Source: an uncultured delta proteobacterium
Lineage (GTDB): Bacteria > Desulfobacterota > Binatia > UBA9968
Direction: 5' to 3'
Length of the DNA stretch: 64,000 bases
NCBI GenBank assembly: GCA_963847445.1
Contig: CAWJZV010000048.1
Span: 1 to 64,000, forward strand
Every line of letters begins with the position of its first letter. Positions within the stretch are counted from its first letter, which is position 1. A model generated the notes under the pieces. It ran no database searches. It saw nothing but the letters and a program-made list of their open reading frames with translations, and had not been told where the DNA came from. Positions 54,310-64,000 of the stretch are shown here, in pieces. The translations under genes were made by a program, and so were the position numbers.

Positions 54310-54376
54310 CACCACGAAGGACACGAAGAGCACGAAGCTGCGGACTGCCAAATTTACTGTTGCGTTCTTTGCGGCA
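54310..54376. repeat. REP-like 9-bp-periodic arms (CACGAAG/CGCAAAG family)
   Basis: caccacgaaggacacgaagagcacgaag (an uninterrupted arm) facing gttgcgttctttgcggc. Confidence 0.7.
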
Positions 54377-54403
54377 AACCGAATTGTGACCGAGAAATCT
54401 TAT

Positions 54404-54691
54404 TCAGCAGTGGAAAAACTCGACACCAGCCTCGCCGACTTCGGCTAACCCCAGCGCGTCGACGAAGTCGACGATCTTGCGCAATGACGCTTCGACGATG
54501 GGCCGGCTGGTGCCGGCGATGGCGAAGCCGAGAAGCGAACTTTGCCAGAGATCCTGATCGCCGCATTCGGTGATCGACACGTTGAACCGCTGCGCGACGC
54601 GCGCCTGTATGCGTTTCAAGACGCCGCGCTTGCCCTTCAACGAATGGTTTTCAGGGATCGCCAGTTGCAGCTTCAAGACTCCCACAACCAT
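54404..54691 (-). CDS. DUF503 (YlxP-like) protein
   Basis: HSLKGKR, RFNVS, DLWQ; typical position between infB and rbfA. Confidence 0.88.
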   Translation of the reverse strand: MVVGVLKLQLAIPENHSLKGKRGVLKRIQARVAQRFNVSITECGDQDLWQSSLLGFAIAGTSRPIVEASLRKIVDFVDALGLAEVGEAGVEFFHC

Positions 54692-54737
54692 GAAAATACG
54701 GCGCCGGGATTAACTGCGGCAAGCGGCTAGACGCCGC

Positions 54738-57484
54738 CTAAACTCGCGCTTCGCGGCTCGGCTGCGTCGGGGCGATGCGCCGGATCACGGGAATCCGCTC
54801 GAACGCCTCGACCACGTCGCCCTGCTTGAGATCCTGATACCCTTCGAGGGAAAGACCGCACTCATAGCCCGACGCAACTTCGCGGACATCGTCCTTGAAA
54901 CGCTTGAGGCTGGCGAGCTTGCCTTCGTGCACCACTACCTGGTCGCGCAGCAGCCGGACCAGATTGCCACGGGCGATTTTACCCTCGGTGACCGCGCAAC
55001 CGGCGATGGTACCGATCCCGGCGATATTGAAGATCTGGCGGATTTCGACCCGGCCGAAAACCTGCTCGCGGAATGTCGGCTCCAGCAAACCTTCCATGGC
55101 GGCGCGCACGTCGGCCACCACTTCGTATATGATCGTGTAGAGCCGCACGTCGACGCCCTCTTTTGCCGCCAACGCCGCCCCCTTGGATTCCGGCCGTACG
55201 TTGAAGCCGATGACGATGGCGTTGGAAGCGGCAGCGAGCAGGATATCGCTCTCGGTAATCCCGCCCACTGAACCGTGCAGGACTTTGAGTTTGACGTCGC
55301 CGGTGGACATGCGTGTGAGCGCGTCAGAGACCGCCTCGACCGAGCCCTGCACATCGGCCTTGAGCACCACTCTGAGTTCCTTGACGTCGCCGGCTTTGAT
55401 CTGACTGTAGAGCTCGTCCAAGGAAACTTTGCTCGACTTGACCAATTCGGTTTCGCGTTGCTTGCTGTGGCGGAACTCGGCGACTTGGCGCGCTTTGGCT
55501 TCATCGGCGACCGCGACAAACGAATCGCCCGCCAGCGGCACGCCCTGCAAACCAAGAATCTCCACTGGGAACGACGGCGGCGCGACATCGACTTTCTGGC
55601 CATGATCGTCGATCATGGCGCGCACTTTGCCGTAGAAGACGCCGCAGACAAAGGCGTCGCCGACGTGCAACGTCCCTTCCTGAACCAGAACGGTCGCCAC
55701 CGGTCCGCGGCCGCGATCAAGTTTGGCTTCAACGATGGTGCCGCGCGCCAGTTTCTCCGGATTGGCTTTGAGTTCCAAAATATCGGCTTGCAGTTGCAAC
55801 ATTTCCAACAGGTGCGGAATGCCTTCGTGAGTCTTCGCCGATACCGGCGCGAACACCGTGTCGCCACCCCAATCCTCGGCAGCCAAACCATATTCGGACA
55901 GACCCTTTTTTACTTTTTCCAGATTGGCATCGGGCCGGTCCATCTTGTTGACCGCGACGATGATCGGCACTTCGGCGGCGCGCGCATGGTTGATCGCTTC
56001 GACGGTCTGCGGCATGACGCCATCGTCGGCGGCCACCACCAGCACGACGATATCGGTGACTTTAGCGCCGCGTGCGCGCATGGCGGTAAACGCTTCGTGG
56101 CCTGGCGTATCGAGAAAGGTCACGCTGCGGCCGTCCACTTGCACATGATAGGCGCCGATATGCTGGGTGATGCCGCCATGCTCTTGGGCCGTCACATTGG
56201 TGCTGCGAATGGCGTCGAGCAACGACGTTTTGCCATGATCGACATGACCCATGATCGTCACCACCGGCGGCCGCGCCTGCAAAGCGGCTTCCTCTTCCTC
56301 GGCACCGACCGGCGTTTCTTCGAGCGCGCTGTCGGCATCGAAGGCGACGTTTTCGACTTGAAGATCGAACTCGGAGGCGATCAGTGTCGCGGTGTCGGCG
56401 TCGAGCACCTGGTTGATGGTGGCCATCATGCCCATGCCCATCAGCTTCTTGATCACCTCGCCGGCCTTGACGCCCATCTCACGGGAGAGATCGCCGACCG
56501 ATGATCACTTCGGAGATTTTGATGACGCGCTTGCTCGCCCGCGGCACGGTGATTTCGGTGCGGCGCACCTCTTTGCCGGGCATGACTCGTTTCTTGCGTC
56601 GGAATGCCACGGCCGCCGCGCACTTCTTTTTCGCGCGACTCGAGGACATCTTGTTTCTTGACGACGCGCTTTTTGTGTCGCCCGGCCTTCGGCTTGTCAT
56701 CGCCGGCACCCGGTTCCACCGGCGGCAGCTGCCCGGGGCACCGGCGGCCGCGGCACCAGGAGCGGGCCGGCGCAATACCGGCGTCGGCGCCGGTTCGACG
56801 CGCATTGTCTGCTGTTTCAGATCGATGCGGCCGAGGATGCGCGCACCGCGCGGCGCGGTGCGCTGCAAGGCTTCCATGGTTTCGGGTTCAGGGCGCCGGT
56901 CGGGCTGCGGCAACCGGCGGCACCGCCACCGGCTCCGGTTTAGCTTCGATAATTTCCGGGATTACTTCGGCTGTGCCAGCTTCGACGACCGGTTCAACCC
57001 ACGCGGGTTCTTCAGTCGGTGCCGGTGTTTCAGCAGCGGCTTCCACCGGCATTTCCTCTCAAGTCGGCTCAGGGGCGGCCGGCTCAGCGCTGACCACCGG
57101 TTCGGCGAAAATTTCAGGCTCGACAACGGGCGTAGCGACAGTTGCTTCAACAGCGCCCTCGGGCGGCGCGACTTCAACCCGGCTGGTGCGCCGACGAATG
57201 ACATTGGTACGGACCCGGCGTTCGACGACGGTCTCGCGCGACTCGACGCTGCCCTGACCCTCTTCCTCGGTCTTGACCACACGAGCGATGACTTTTTCTT
57301 CGCCGATATGGACATGCGGCTTTTCCTGGGCTACTAACGCAGCGCGCACGCGCGCCACTTCGTCATCTTCCATCGCGCTTTGGGCCTTCCGACCGCGCAT
57401 CCCCAACTTGTCGAGCTGGGCGATCAAATCCTTGGTCTCGATGCCCAATTCTTTTGCCAGCAGATGAACTCTCGTCTTTCCCAT
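54738..57484 (-). CDS. infB: Translation initiation factor IF-2 (frameshifts in the N-terminal region)
   Basis: [40 protein letters not shown]. Confidence 0.97.
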
Positions 57485-57499
57485 TTTACTCCCCGTCGT

Positions 57500-57769
57500 T
57501 TAAGCCCCGAGACTGTCCTTCAGTTCGCGCAGCAACTTTTCCTTGGCCGGCTTGGCGACTTCAACGCGAAACGCCCGGAAGTGGCTCTTACGGCCGACAA
57601 AACCGCTCCAACACTCCACCCGCCGATGTAAATAACCACCGCGCTGCCCTTGGGCGGCGACTTCCAGTTGGCCAGCGGCGTTGACGATTAGGCGAAGCAG
57701 CCGCGCTTTGCGATCACGCGCGCCACAGCCTAAACAGGTTCGCTCCGGCGCATCTCCCGGCTTCGCCAC
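57500..57769 (-). CDS. YlxR/DUF448 RNA-binding protein
   Basis: PERTCLGC, LLRL, RGGYLH. Confidence 0.85.
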   Translation of the reverse strand: MAKPGDAPERTCLGCGARDRKARLLRLIVNAAGQLEVAAQGQRGGYLHRRVECWSGFVGRKSHFRAFRVEVAKPAKEKLLRELKDSLGA

Positions 57770-57776
57770 CGGACAC

Positions 57777-59135
57777 TCAAGACGGCTCTTCCGGCGCCGC
57801 AGTGGCTTCGGGCGCCACATCGGCGTCGGCAGCCACAGCCGCTTCAGGTTCCGGCGCAGGCGGCGGATTGGCCGCCAACTCCGCCTCCTTGGCGCGCTTC
57901 TCCGCGACATATACGACCGCCGATTTGTGCACCGCTTCGGCCTTTTCTTTGCTGATGCCTTCGATATCGAGCAACTCCGCCACGTCGCTGTCAGCCACGT
58001 CTTCGGCCGACTTAAATCCTTCTTGGTAGATCAACTCGGCGGCGATATCGCCGACACCGGGAATCGCACCGATGGACTGACGCGCCCGCCGCGTCTCTTC
58101 TTCCGCTTCCGCCTCGTTGCACACGTCGATGCGCCAGCCCGTCAAACGCGACGCCAAGCGGACGTTCTGGCCCTTTTTACCGATCGCCAGCGACAGCTGG
58201 TCGTCCGGGACGATCACTTCCATGGTGTGATCTTGGTCGTCGATGATGATCTTGGAAACTTTGGCCGGCGCCAAGGCGCGGCAAACATATTCCGCCTGGT
58301 CGGGAATCCAGTGCACGATGTCGATTTTCTCGCCGCGCAGTTCTTGCACCACCGACTGAACTCGCGTGCCCTTCATGCCGACGCAAGCGCCCACCGGATC
58401 GACATCATGGTCGTGGGAAACTACGGCGATCTTGGCACGGCCGCCAGGTTCCCGGGCGGCGCCTTTGACTTCGACGATGCCTTCGTAAATCTCCGGCACT
58501 TCTTGAGTAAACAATTGGATCAACATGCCTGGATGGGTGCGCGATAAAACAATCTGCGGGCCGCGGCTGGTGATCTCGACGCTGACGATGTAGGCGCGAA
58601 TCCGGTCGCCTTGGCGGTAACGCTCCCGCGGCACCTGTTCTTTTTCCGGCAGGATGGCGTCGGTGCGGCCGAGATTGACGATGATGTTGCGCTTCTCGAA
58701 GCGCTGCACGATGCCGTTGACCAGCTGCCCTTCGCGGCCTTTGAACTCGTTGTAAATAATTTCTCGCTCGGCGTCGCGCACACGCTGCACGATATTCTGC
58801 TTGGCCGCTTGCGCGGCGATGCGGCCGAATAGACTCGAATCCAGCTTGGTCAGCAGCTCGTCGCCCACTTCGGCGTCGGGATCGAGGTTTTCATGGGCCG
58901 TTGCCAAAGTGATCTCGGTGGCCTCGTCCTGCACGGTTTCGACCACCGTCTTGGCTTCGAAGAGCTCCACTTCGCCGATCTCGGCGTTGAACTGCGCCTC
59001 GATCTTGCGCTGATGGCCGAAAGTTTTCTTGGCCGCCGAGATCATGGCATTCTCCAAAGCGCTGATGAGGATCGCTTTGTCGATGCCCTTTTCCTTGCTG
59101 ACCTGTTCGATGACTCGATTGAGATCCTGCTGCAT
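57777..59135 (-). CDS. nusA: Transcription termination/antitermination factor NusA
   Basis: [37 protein letters not shown]. Confidence 0.97.
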   Translation of the reverse strand: MQQDLNRVIEQVSKEKGIDKAILISALENAMISAAKKTFGHQRKIEAQFNAEIGEVELFEAKTVVETVQDEATEITLATAHENLDPDAEVGDELLTKLDSSLFGRIAAQAAKQNIVQRVRDAEREIIYNEFKGREGQLVNGIVQRFEKRNIIVNLGRTDAILPEKEQVPRERYRQGDRIRAYIVSVEITSRGPQIVLSRTHPGMLIQLFTQEVPEIYEGIVEVKGAAREPGGRAKIAVVSHDHDVDPVGACVGMKGTRVQSVVQELRGEKIDIVHWIPDQAEYVCRALAPAKVSKIIIDDQDHTMEVIVPDDQLSLAIGKKGQNVRLASRLTGWRIDVCNEAEAEEETRRARQSIGAIPGVGDIAAELIYQEGFKSAEDVADSDVAELLDIEGISKEKAEAVHKSAVVYVAEKRAKEAELAANPPPAPEPEAAVAADADVAPEATAAPEEPS

Positions 59136-59136
59136 A

Positions 59137-59607
59137 TTAGGCACTCCAGTCGTGCTCGTAGTTGGACTTTTCGATTATTGAAAATGGAATTTCCCAGCGC
59201 CTGCCGTCTTGATTGATCGCGATGGTCTGCGGCGTGACTTCGAGCAAGTTGCCAAGAAAGGCGCGCCGCCCGTCGATCGCCTCGCGCGTGCGCACTCGGA
59301 CTCGCTTACCGACGAAACCGGCAAAATGCTCTGGCCGCTTGAGCGGCCGATTGACACCGGGCGAGGAAACTTCCAGGGAATAAGCACCCTCGACCACATC
59401 GTCGTTCTCGTCGAGCAGATCGCTCAGGCTGCGGCTGACTTTGGTTAAGTCTTCCATCGCCGGGCCACCCTCTTTGTCGAGATAGACGCGCAATACCCTG
59501 CCACCCCGGCTGCCTTCATGTTTGAGTTCGATATCGACGACTTCCATTCCCTCGCTGGCCGCCAGCGGTTCGGTCATTTGCCAGATCCGGGTGAGGGTTG
59601 CATCCAT
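59137..59607 (-). CDS. rimP: Ribosome maturation factor RimP
   Basis: LRVYLDK, YSLEVSSPGVNRPL. Confidence 0.95.
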   Translation of the reverse strand: MDATLTRIWQMTEPLAASEGMEVVDIELKHEGSRGGRVLRVYLDKEGGPAMEDLTKVSRSLSDLLDENDDVVEGAYSLEVSSPGVNRPLKRPEHFAGFVGKRVRVRTREAIDGRRAFLGNLLEVTPQTIAINQDGRRWEIPFSIIEKSNYEHDWSA

Positions 59608-59626
59608 GTTTTCTTGCCCCAGAAAC

Positions 59627-59651
59627 AAAAAAAGCGGGCAAAGCCCACTTT
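59627..59651 (-). terminator. rimP-leader hairpin / attenuator
   Basis: Minus strand AAAGTGGGC-TTT-GCCCGC followed by a T-tract just upstream of rimP. Confidence 0.7.
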
Positions 59652-59779
59652 GAGTACAACTCCTAAGTGTAGAGAATTTCTACCATGACGATCACCGCCA
59701 ATGCAAGGGGCGAGAGCCGATTGGCCGTTGCGCCACCGCGGCCATCTGCTATGATTTCGCCACGTTAAAGCCAATTTTC

Positions 59780-60889
59780 ATGAAAGCCGCGAGTCATTCC
59801 AAAAAGCCCGCGCCGGCGCAGATCTCTTGGGAGCAAATCCTCAGCAACCTCGACGATGGCGTGATCACGGCGGACCCCACTGGTACGATCAAATTTTTCA
59901 ATGAAGCCTCGGAAGTCATGATGGAAATTTCATCGGCCGCCGCCACCGGACAAACCCTGGAGCAAATTTTCAAACGCGAACCCTGGTTGATCGAGCTGGT
60001 CGGCAAGACCTCGCCGCCGCGCTGCGAGAGCGCCCGCGGCGAGGGCGATTTCGTCACCCGCTGGGGCGGCAAGATCCCGGTCAGCGTCACCGCCTCGCCG
60101 TTGCAGGATCGCCAGGGAACATTCTCGGGAACCATCCTGCTGTTGCGCGATCTGCGCCACCAGCGCGAACTGGAAGAGGACTTGAAACGGGCCGATCGCC
60201 TGGCGACTCTGGGAACCCTCGCGGCGGGCCTCGCCCACGAGATCAAAAACCCCCTGGGCGGAATCAAAGGCGCGGCGCAGTTGCTGCGCCGTAGCGCTGA
60301 AAGCGATCCGTCGGTACGTGACTATACCGACATCATGATCCGCGAAGTGAACCGGGTGAACACGCTGATCGAACAGCTGCTCGACCTGTCGCGGCCGACT
60401 GAGCTCAACTTGGAAGCGCTCAACATTCACGAAATCCTGGAAGACGTGCTCTTGCTCGAAGGTCAATCAGAAGCGGCGCAAAAATGTCTCATCAAGAAAA
60501 AATTCGATCCCAGCCTGCCGGCGATCCGCGGCGACCGGAGCCGGCTGACGCAAGTATTTTTGAACCTGGTCAAAAACGCCTTTCAATCCATGGAACGGCC
60601 GGGCGCGGTAACGGTGACAACGCGATTGGAGACCGATTTTCATATCCGCGGCAGCGGCAACCGCCGCCGGCGGCTGATTTGGGTGGACATCGCCGACCAA
60701 GGCGCCGGCATCAGCGACGAAGATCTGCCGCATATCTTCTCGCCCTTTTTCACGACTAAGATGAATGGCACGGGCTTAGGCCTGGCGACCTGTTACCAGA
60801 TCGTCAAAGAGCATGGCGGCATGATTCGCGTCGAGAGCAGCCCGGGCAAAGGCAGCGTGTTCAAAATTTCACTGCTGGTGGCAAATTAA
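59780..60889 (+). CDS. PAS-domain sensor histidine kinase, NtrB-like
   Basis: LAHEIKNPLGGI, NLVKNA, DQGAG, FFTTK, GTGLGL. Confidence 0.9.
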   Translation: MKAASHSKKPAPAQISWEQILSNLDDGVITADPTGTIKFFNEASEVMMEISSAAATGQTLEQIFKREPWLIELVGKTSPPRCESARGEGDFVTRWGGKIPVSVTASPLQDRQGTFSGTILLLRDLRHQRELEEDLKRADRLATLGTLAAGLAHEIKNPLGGIKGAAQLLRRSAESDPSVRDYTDIMIREVNRVNTLIEQLLDLSRPTELNLEALNIHEILEDVLLLEGQSEAAQKCLIKKKFDPSLPAIRGDRSRLTQVFLNLVKNAFQSMERPGAVTVTTRLETDFHIRGSGNRRRRLIWVDIADQGAGISDEDLPHIFSPFFTTKMNGTGLGLATCYQIVKEHGGMIRVESSPGKGSVFKISLLVAN

Positions 60890-60891
60890 AA

Positions 60892-62337
60892 ATGGATCAA
60901 GGCAAAATCTTAATCACCGAGGACGAGGAATCGTTGCGTTTCGTACTGCAAAAAGCTCTCGAAGGCGAAGGCTATTGGGTGCAGACCGCCACCAACGGCG
61001 CCACCGCCCGCCGGCTGTTGAACGAAAACCGATTCGACGTCTCGCTCATGGATATTAAACTGCCCGACGCCGACGGGCTAACCTTGTTGAAGGAATTCAA
61101 AGACAGCGGCATCGACACCGCGATGATCTTGATGACCGCGCAAAACACCATGCGCAACGCCATCGGCGCGATGAAAAATGGCGCCTTCGATTACATCACC
61201 AAGCCCTTCGATCTGGACGAAGTGCTGGTCTTGGTCAAGCGCGCCATGGACAGCCGCAAGCTAACCCGCGACTTCCGTGAACTAAAAGAAGAAGTCAAAA
61301 AACGCTTCGAGCCCGGCGTCAACATCATCGGCACCAGCTCGTCCATGCAGGGCGTCTACAAAATCATCGGCCAAGTGGTCGACAACACCGCGACCATCTT
61401 GATCTTAGGCGAGAGCGGCACCGGCAAGGAACTGGTCGCGAAAACGATCCATTACAATTCGCCGCGCTGGAACCAACCGTTCATCGCCATCAACTGCGCC
61501 GCCATACCCCGGGATCTTTTAGAGAGCGAGCTGTTCGGCCATGAGAAAGGCTCCTTCACCGGCGCCATGGACCGCCGCCTGGGCAAGTTCGAGCTCGCCG
61601 AAGCCGGCACGCTGTTCTTGGACGAAGTCGGCGACATTCCCCTCGACCTCCAGACCAAACTCCTGCGCGTCCTCCAGGATCACGAGTATAGCCGCGTCGG
61701 CGGCCGCGACATTCTCAAAGCCGATGTGCGCATCCTCGCCGCCACCAATCAGGATCTGGAAAAAGCCGTCAAAGAAAAACGCTTCCGCGAGGATCTCTAC
61801 TTCCGCCTGAAAGTCATCCCGATCCATCTGCCGCCGCTGCGCGAGCGGCGCGGCGATATTTCGCTCTTGATCGGCTACTTCATCGAAAAGATCAACCGCG
61901 AGATGGGTATCCAGATTTCCGGTATTTCGCCCGAGGCGCAAAAGCTGCTCGAAGATCACTCCTGGCCCGGCAACGTCCGCGAGTTGGAAAACACTTTGAT
62001 CCGCGCCGCCGTGCTGTCCTCCGGACCGATCCTCTTCCCCAAGGACTTCACGCTGCAGAACAAGCCGGCGGCGACGACATTGGAAGTCGACCAACTTTCC
62101 CTCGAAGAAATCATTCGACATAAACTGGAAGACTACTTTCGGCGCATGGAAGGCGTCGATGTCGACAATCTTTATTCGTTGGTGATCGAACGAATCGAAC
62201 GGCCGCTGATCGAACTCACGCTCAAAAAAACCAAAGGCAATCAAATCAAAGCCGCGGATATCCTCGGCATCAACCGCAATACCCTGCGCAAAAAGATCTC
62301 CGACCTGGGCATCGAGCTGAAGAAGGATCCGACCTAG
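60892..62337 (+). CDS. ntrC: Sigma54-dependent response regulator, NtrC-like
   Basis: Receiver domain, GESGTGKE, ELFGHEKGSFTGA, WPGNVRELEN, Fis-type HTH. Confidence 0.8.
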   Translation: MDQGKILITEDEESLRFVLQKALEGEGYWVQTATNGATARRLLNENRFDVSLMDIKLPDADGLTLLKEFKDSGIDTAMILMTAQNTMRNAIGAMKNGAFDYITKPFDLDEVLVLVKRAMDSRKLTRDFRELKEEVKKRFEPGVNIIGTSSSMQGVYKIIGQVVDNTATILILGESGTGKELVAKTIHYNSPRWNQPFIAINCAAIPRDLLESELFGHEKGSFTGAMDRRLGKFELAEAGTLFLDEVGDIPLDLQTKLLRVLQDHEYSRVGGRDILKADVRILAATNQDLEKAVKEKRFREDLYFRLKVIPIHLPPLRERRGDISLLIGYFIEKINREMGIQISGISPEAQKLLEDHSWPGNVRELENTLIRAAVLSSGPILFPKDFTLQNKPAATTLEVDQLSLEEIIRHKLEDYFRRMEGVDVDNLYSLVIERIERPLIELTLKKTKGNQIKAADILGINRNTLRKKISDLGIELKKDPT

Positions 62338-62341
62338 TTCA

Positions 62342-62965
62342 ATGGCGCTCACGCTCCCACCGCTCTACGCCATCCTGGATCCGGAACAGGTCAAAGGCCG
62401 GGCCACCGAAGAAGCGCTGCGCGAGTTGTTGCGCAGCGGCGTCACGATGCTCCAGCTGCGCGTCAAGTCGCTGGCCGCGAAAGATTTCTTGGCACTGGTC
62501 GCGCGCATTCGCAAAGAAACCGAAGCGCACCGCTGCCGGTTGATCGTCAACGACCGCGTCGATATCGCCATGGCATGCAACGCCGACGGCGTTCACCTCG
62601 GCCAAGACGACCTGCCGCTCCACGTCGGACGCAAGCTGATGGGCAATAAGATCATCGGCATCTCGACGCACGACATCGAGCAGGCCCAGCAAGCAGAGCG
62701 CGGCGGCGCCGACTACATCGGCTTCGGCCCCATGTTCGGCACAACCACGAAAGATACCGGCCTAACCGCTCGCGGCATCGACATGCTCAAACAAATCCGC
62801 GCCGCGGTGACGATTCCCATCGTCGCCATCGGCGGCATCAACGAACAAAACGTCAGCCAAGTCTGGCAAGCCGGCGCTAATTCGGCGGCGATCATCAGCG
62901 ATATTCTCGGCGCCGCGGACATCGCGGGGAAAGTCGCGCGAATATTTAAGGCCGGTCAGATGTAG
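62342..62965 (+). CDS. thiE: Thiamine-phosphate synthase
   Basis: QLRVK, VNDRVD, GVHLGQDD, STH, TTTK, AIGGI. Confidence 0.93.
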   Translation: MALTLPPLYAILDPEQVKGRATEEALRELLRSGVTMLQLRVKSLAAKDFLALVARIRKETEAHRCRLIVNDRVDIAMACNADGVHLGQDDLPLHVGRKLMGNKIIGISTHDIEQAQQAERGGADYIGFGPMFGTTTKDTGLTARGIDMLKQIRAAVTIPIVAIGGINEQNVSQVWQAGANSAAIISDILGAADIAGKVARIFKAGQM

Positions 62966-63010
62966 AAGCTGTCTCGTGGCCAATCTAAGGACAAGTTATA
63001 GACAACACTC

Positions 63011-63297
63011 CAAGGGCGGCGAAACCGCAATCGAAAAGAAGAATGGCCGCAAGAACGCAAAAAGCGCAAAAAGAATCGAGAGCGTAGGGGCAGGTTGAAA
63101 CCCGCCCTCTTGGCTTTGGCGCATCGAGAGATTTGCGAAGCCGCGCAAACTATCACGGATAGTAGCACAAAGAATGCAAAGGACTTCAAAGAAAGAATTC
63201 CGATGTAGGGGCGTATGGCATACGCCCAGGGATGGCGGAGCGGTGATCGCCCAAAGACAAAATTTGCGCAGACCACATAAATTCTCATGGGTGGTAT
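63011..63297. mobile_element. Composite repeat copy C: one left end, two GTAG hairpins and two right ends (nested or tandem)
   Basis: caagggcggcgaaaccgcaatc; right ends at about 63132-63166 and 63263-63297; GTAG hairpins at about 63084 and 63205. Confidence 0.6.
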
Positions 63298-63320
63298 AAA
63301 AGACGCGATACCACAGCCGC

Positions 63321-63551
63321 ATGAACAAAGTAGCTAACGAAATTCTCACCGAAGCGATGCAGCTCTCGATTATTGAGCGAGCGGAGATCGCCTCCGCGCT
63401 GCTTGCCAGCCTCGATGGCGAGCCTGACGATGGCGTCGAGGCGGCATCGGCTGTTGAGATCGAGCGGCGCATTGAGCGTATTAAGTCTGGCGCGGCCAAG
63501 GGACAACCTTGGGTCAAGGTTCGCAAACGTCTTGAGCGGTCTCGCGGGTGA
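63321..63551 (+). CDS. Addiction-module antitoxin component
   Basis: AMQLS..ERAEIA..LLASLD, EIERR, PW motifs; 76 aa. Confidence 0.8.
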   Translation: MNKVANEILTEAMQLSIIERAEIASALLASLDGEPDDGVEAASAVEIERRIERIKSGAAKGQPWVKVRKRLERSRG

Positions 63552-63638
63552 GCCAGCAGATCATCGGCCTTTTTTTGAACTGTCATATTCGCACACGAGA
63601 ACCGTACCGGTTATTGGCGTGACCGGTTAGATAAATAA
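63548..63638 (+). pseudogene. Remnant of a RelE/ParE-type toxin with the core deleted
   Basis: GTGA overlap with the antitoxin stop; out-of-frame tail VIFAHENRTGYWRDRLDK* resembles the AHxxRxPGYW terminus. Confidence 0.5.
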
Positions 63639-63667
63639 ATAGAGATACCGCAGCAATCGAAGGAATC

Positions 63668-64000
63668 ATGAGCAGTTCATCTTTTTCCACTTCCCCCGAC
63701 AACCGCTATTTCGAAGATTACATTCCGGGTGCCGTGCATGAGTTCGGCACCATCGCCGTCGACGAACAGGAGGTCCTCGACTTCGGCAAGCGCTTCGTGC
63801 CGCTCTCCTACCACGTCGACAAAGAAGCCGCCAAGAAAAGCATCTACGGCGGCGTCATCGCCAGCGGCTGGCACACCGCCGCGCTGATGATGCGCATCTA
63901 CACAGAGAATTATCTTTCCCAAGTCGCCAACCTCGGCTCTCCCGGCGGCGACGAACTGCGCTGGGACAAACCGGTCTTTCCCGGCGACGAACTCTCCGTG
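63668..64000 (+). CDS. MaoC-family dehydratase (runs off the window end)
   Basis: Manual translation RYFEDY, HVDKEAA, IASGWHT, LRWDKPVFPGD. Confidence 0.88.
   Translation, partial: MSSSSFSTSPDNRYFEDYIPGAVHEFGTIAVDEQEVLDFGKRFVPLSYHVDKEAAKKSIYGGVIASGWHTAALMMRIYTENYLSQVANLGSPGGDELRWDKPVFPGDELSV

Noticed and set aside
52942-59651. rimP-nusA-ylxR-infB-DUF503-rbfA-truB operon
   Set aside because: This is an ordinary conserved housekeeping arrangement; nothing unusual beyond one REP insertion.
61540-61570. GSFTGA instead of GAFTGA in the NtrC-like protein as loss of sigma54 activation
   Set aside because: GSFTGA is a common functional variant.
1-64000. Widespread frameshifts suggesting mass pseudogenisation or programmed frameshifting
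   Set aside because: They also hit essential genes (infB, truB) and leave both halves undegraded, which fits long-read indel errors.

Overview
GC-rich bacterial chromosomal window. The gene content (many orphan SsuA/THI5-like binding proteins, Tct components, UbiD, amidohydrolase, Mo-hydroxylase) suggests a Candidatus Binatia/deltaproteobacterium-like organism, but this is inference only. Many genes, including essential ones (infB, truB, pckG), carry 1-bp frameshifts, most likely long-read consensus errors, so genes are reported as joined reading frames. Left to right: a sulfate-assimilation/siroheme cluster under an Rrf2 regulator; six closely related 'WLEHFG' binding proteins (five in tandem) around two paralogous alpha/beta hydrolases that bracket an integron-cassette-like insert with a clear attC; a membrane protein with a TIR/NDT-like tail and a TIR-TM protein plus OmpA lipoprotein pair; Tct transporter parts; an aminotransferase/ALDH pair; M16 peptidases; UbiD; ChdC; a three-subunit Co-type nitrile/thiocyanate hydratase directly behind pckG; the rimP-nusA-infB-rbfA-truB operon; NtrBC-like genes; thiE; an orphan antitoxin. 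Intergenic DNA holds several REP-like families and a recurrent small non-coding element that appears to insert at a fixed position inside one of them. No rRNA, tRNA, CRISPR array, integrase or transposase was seen.
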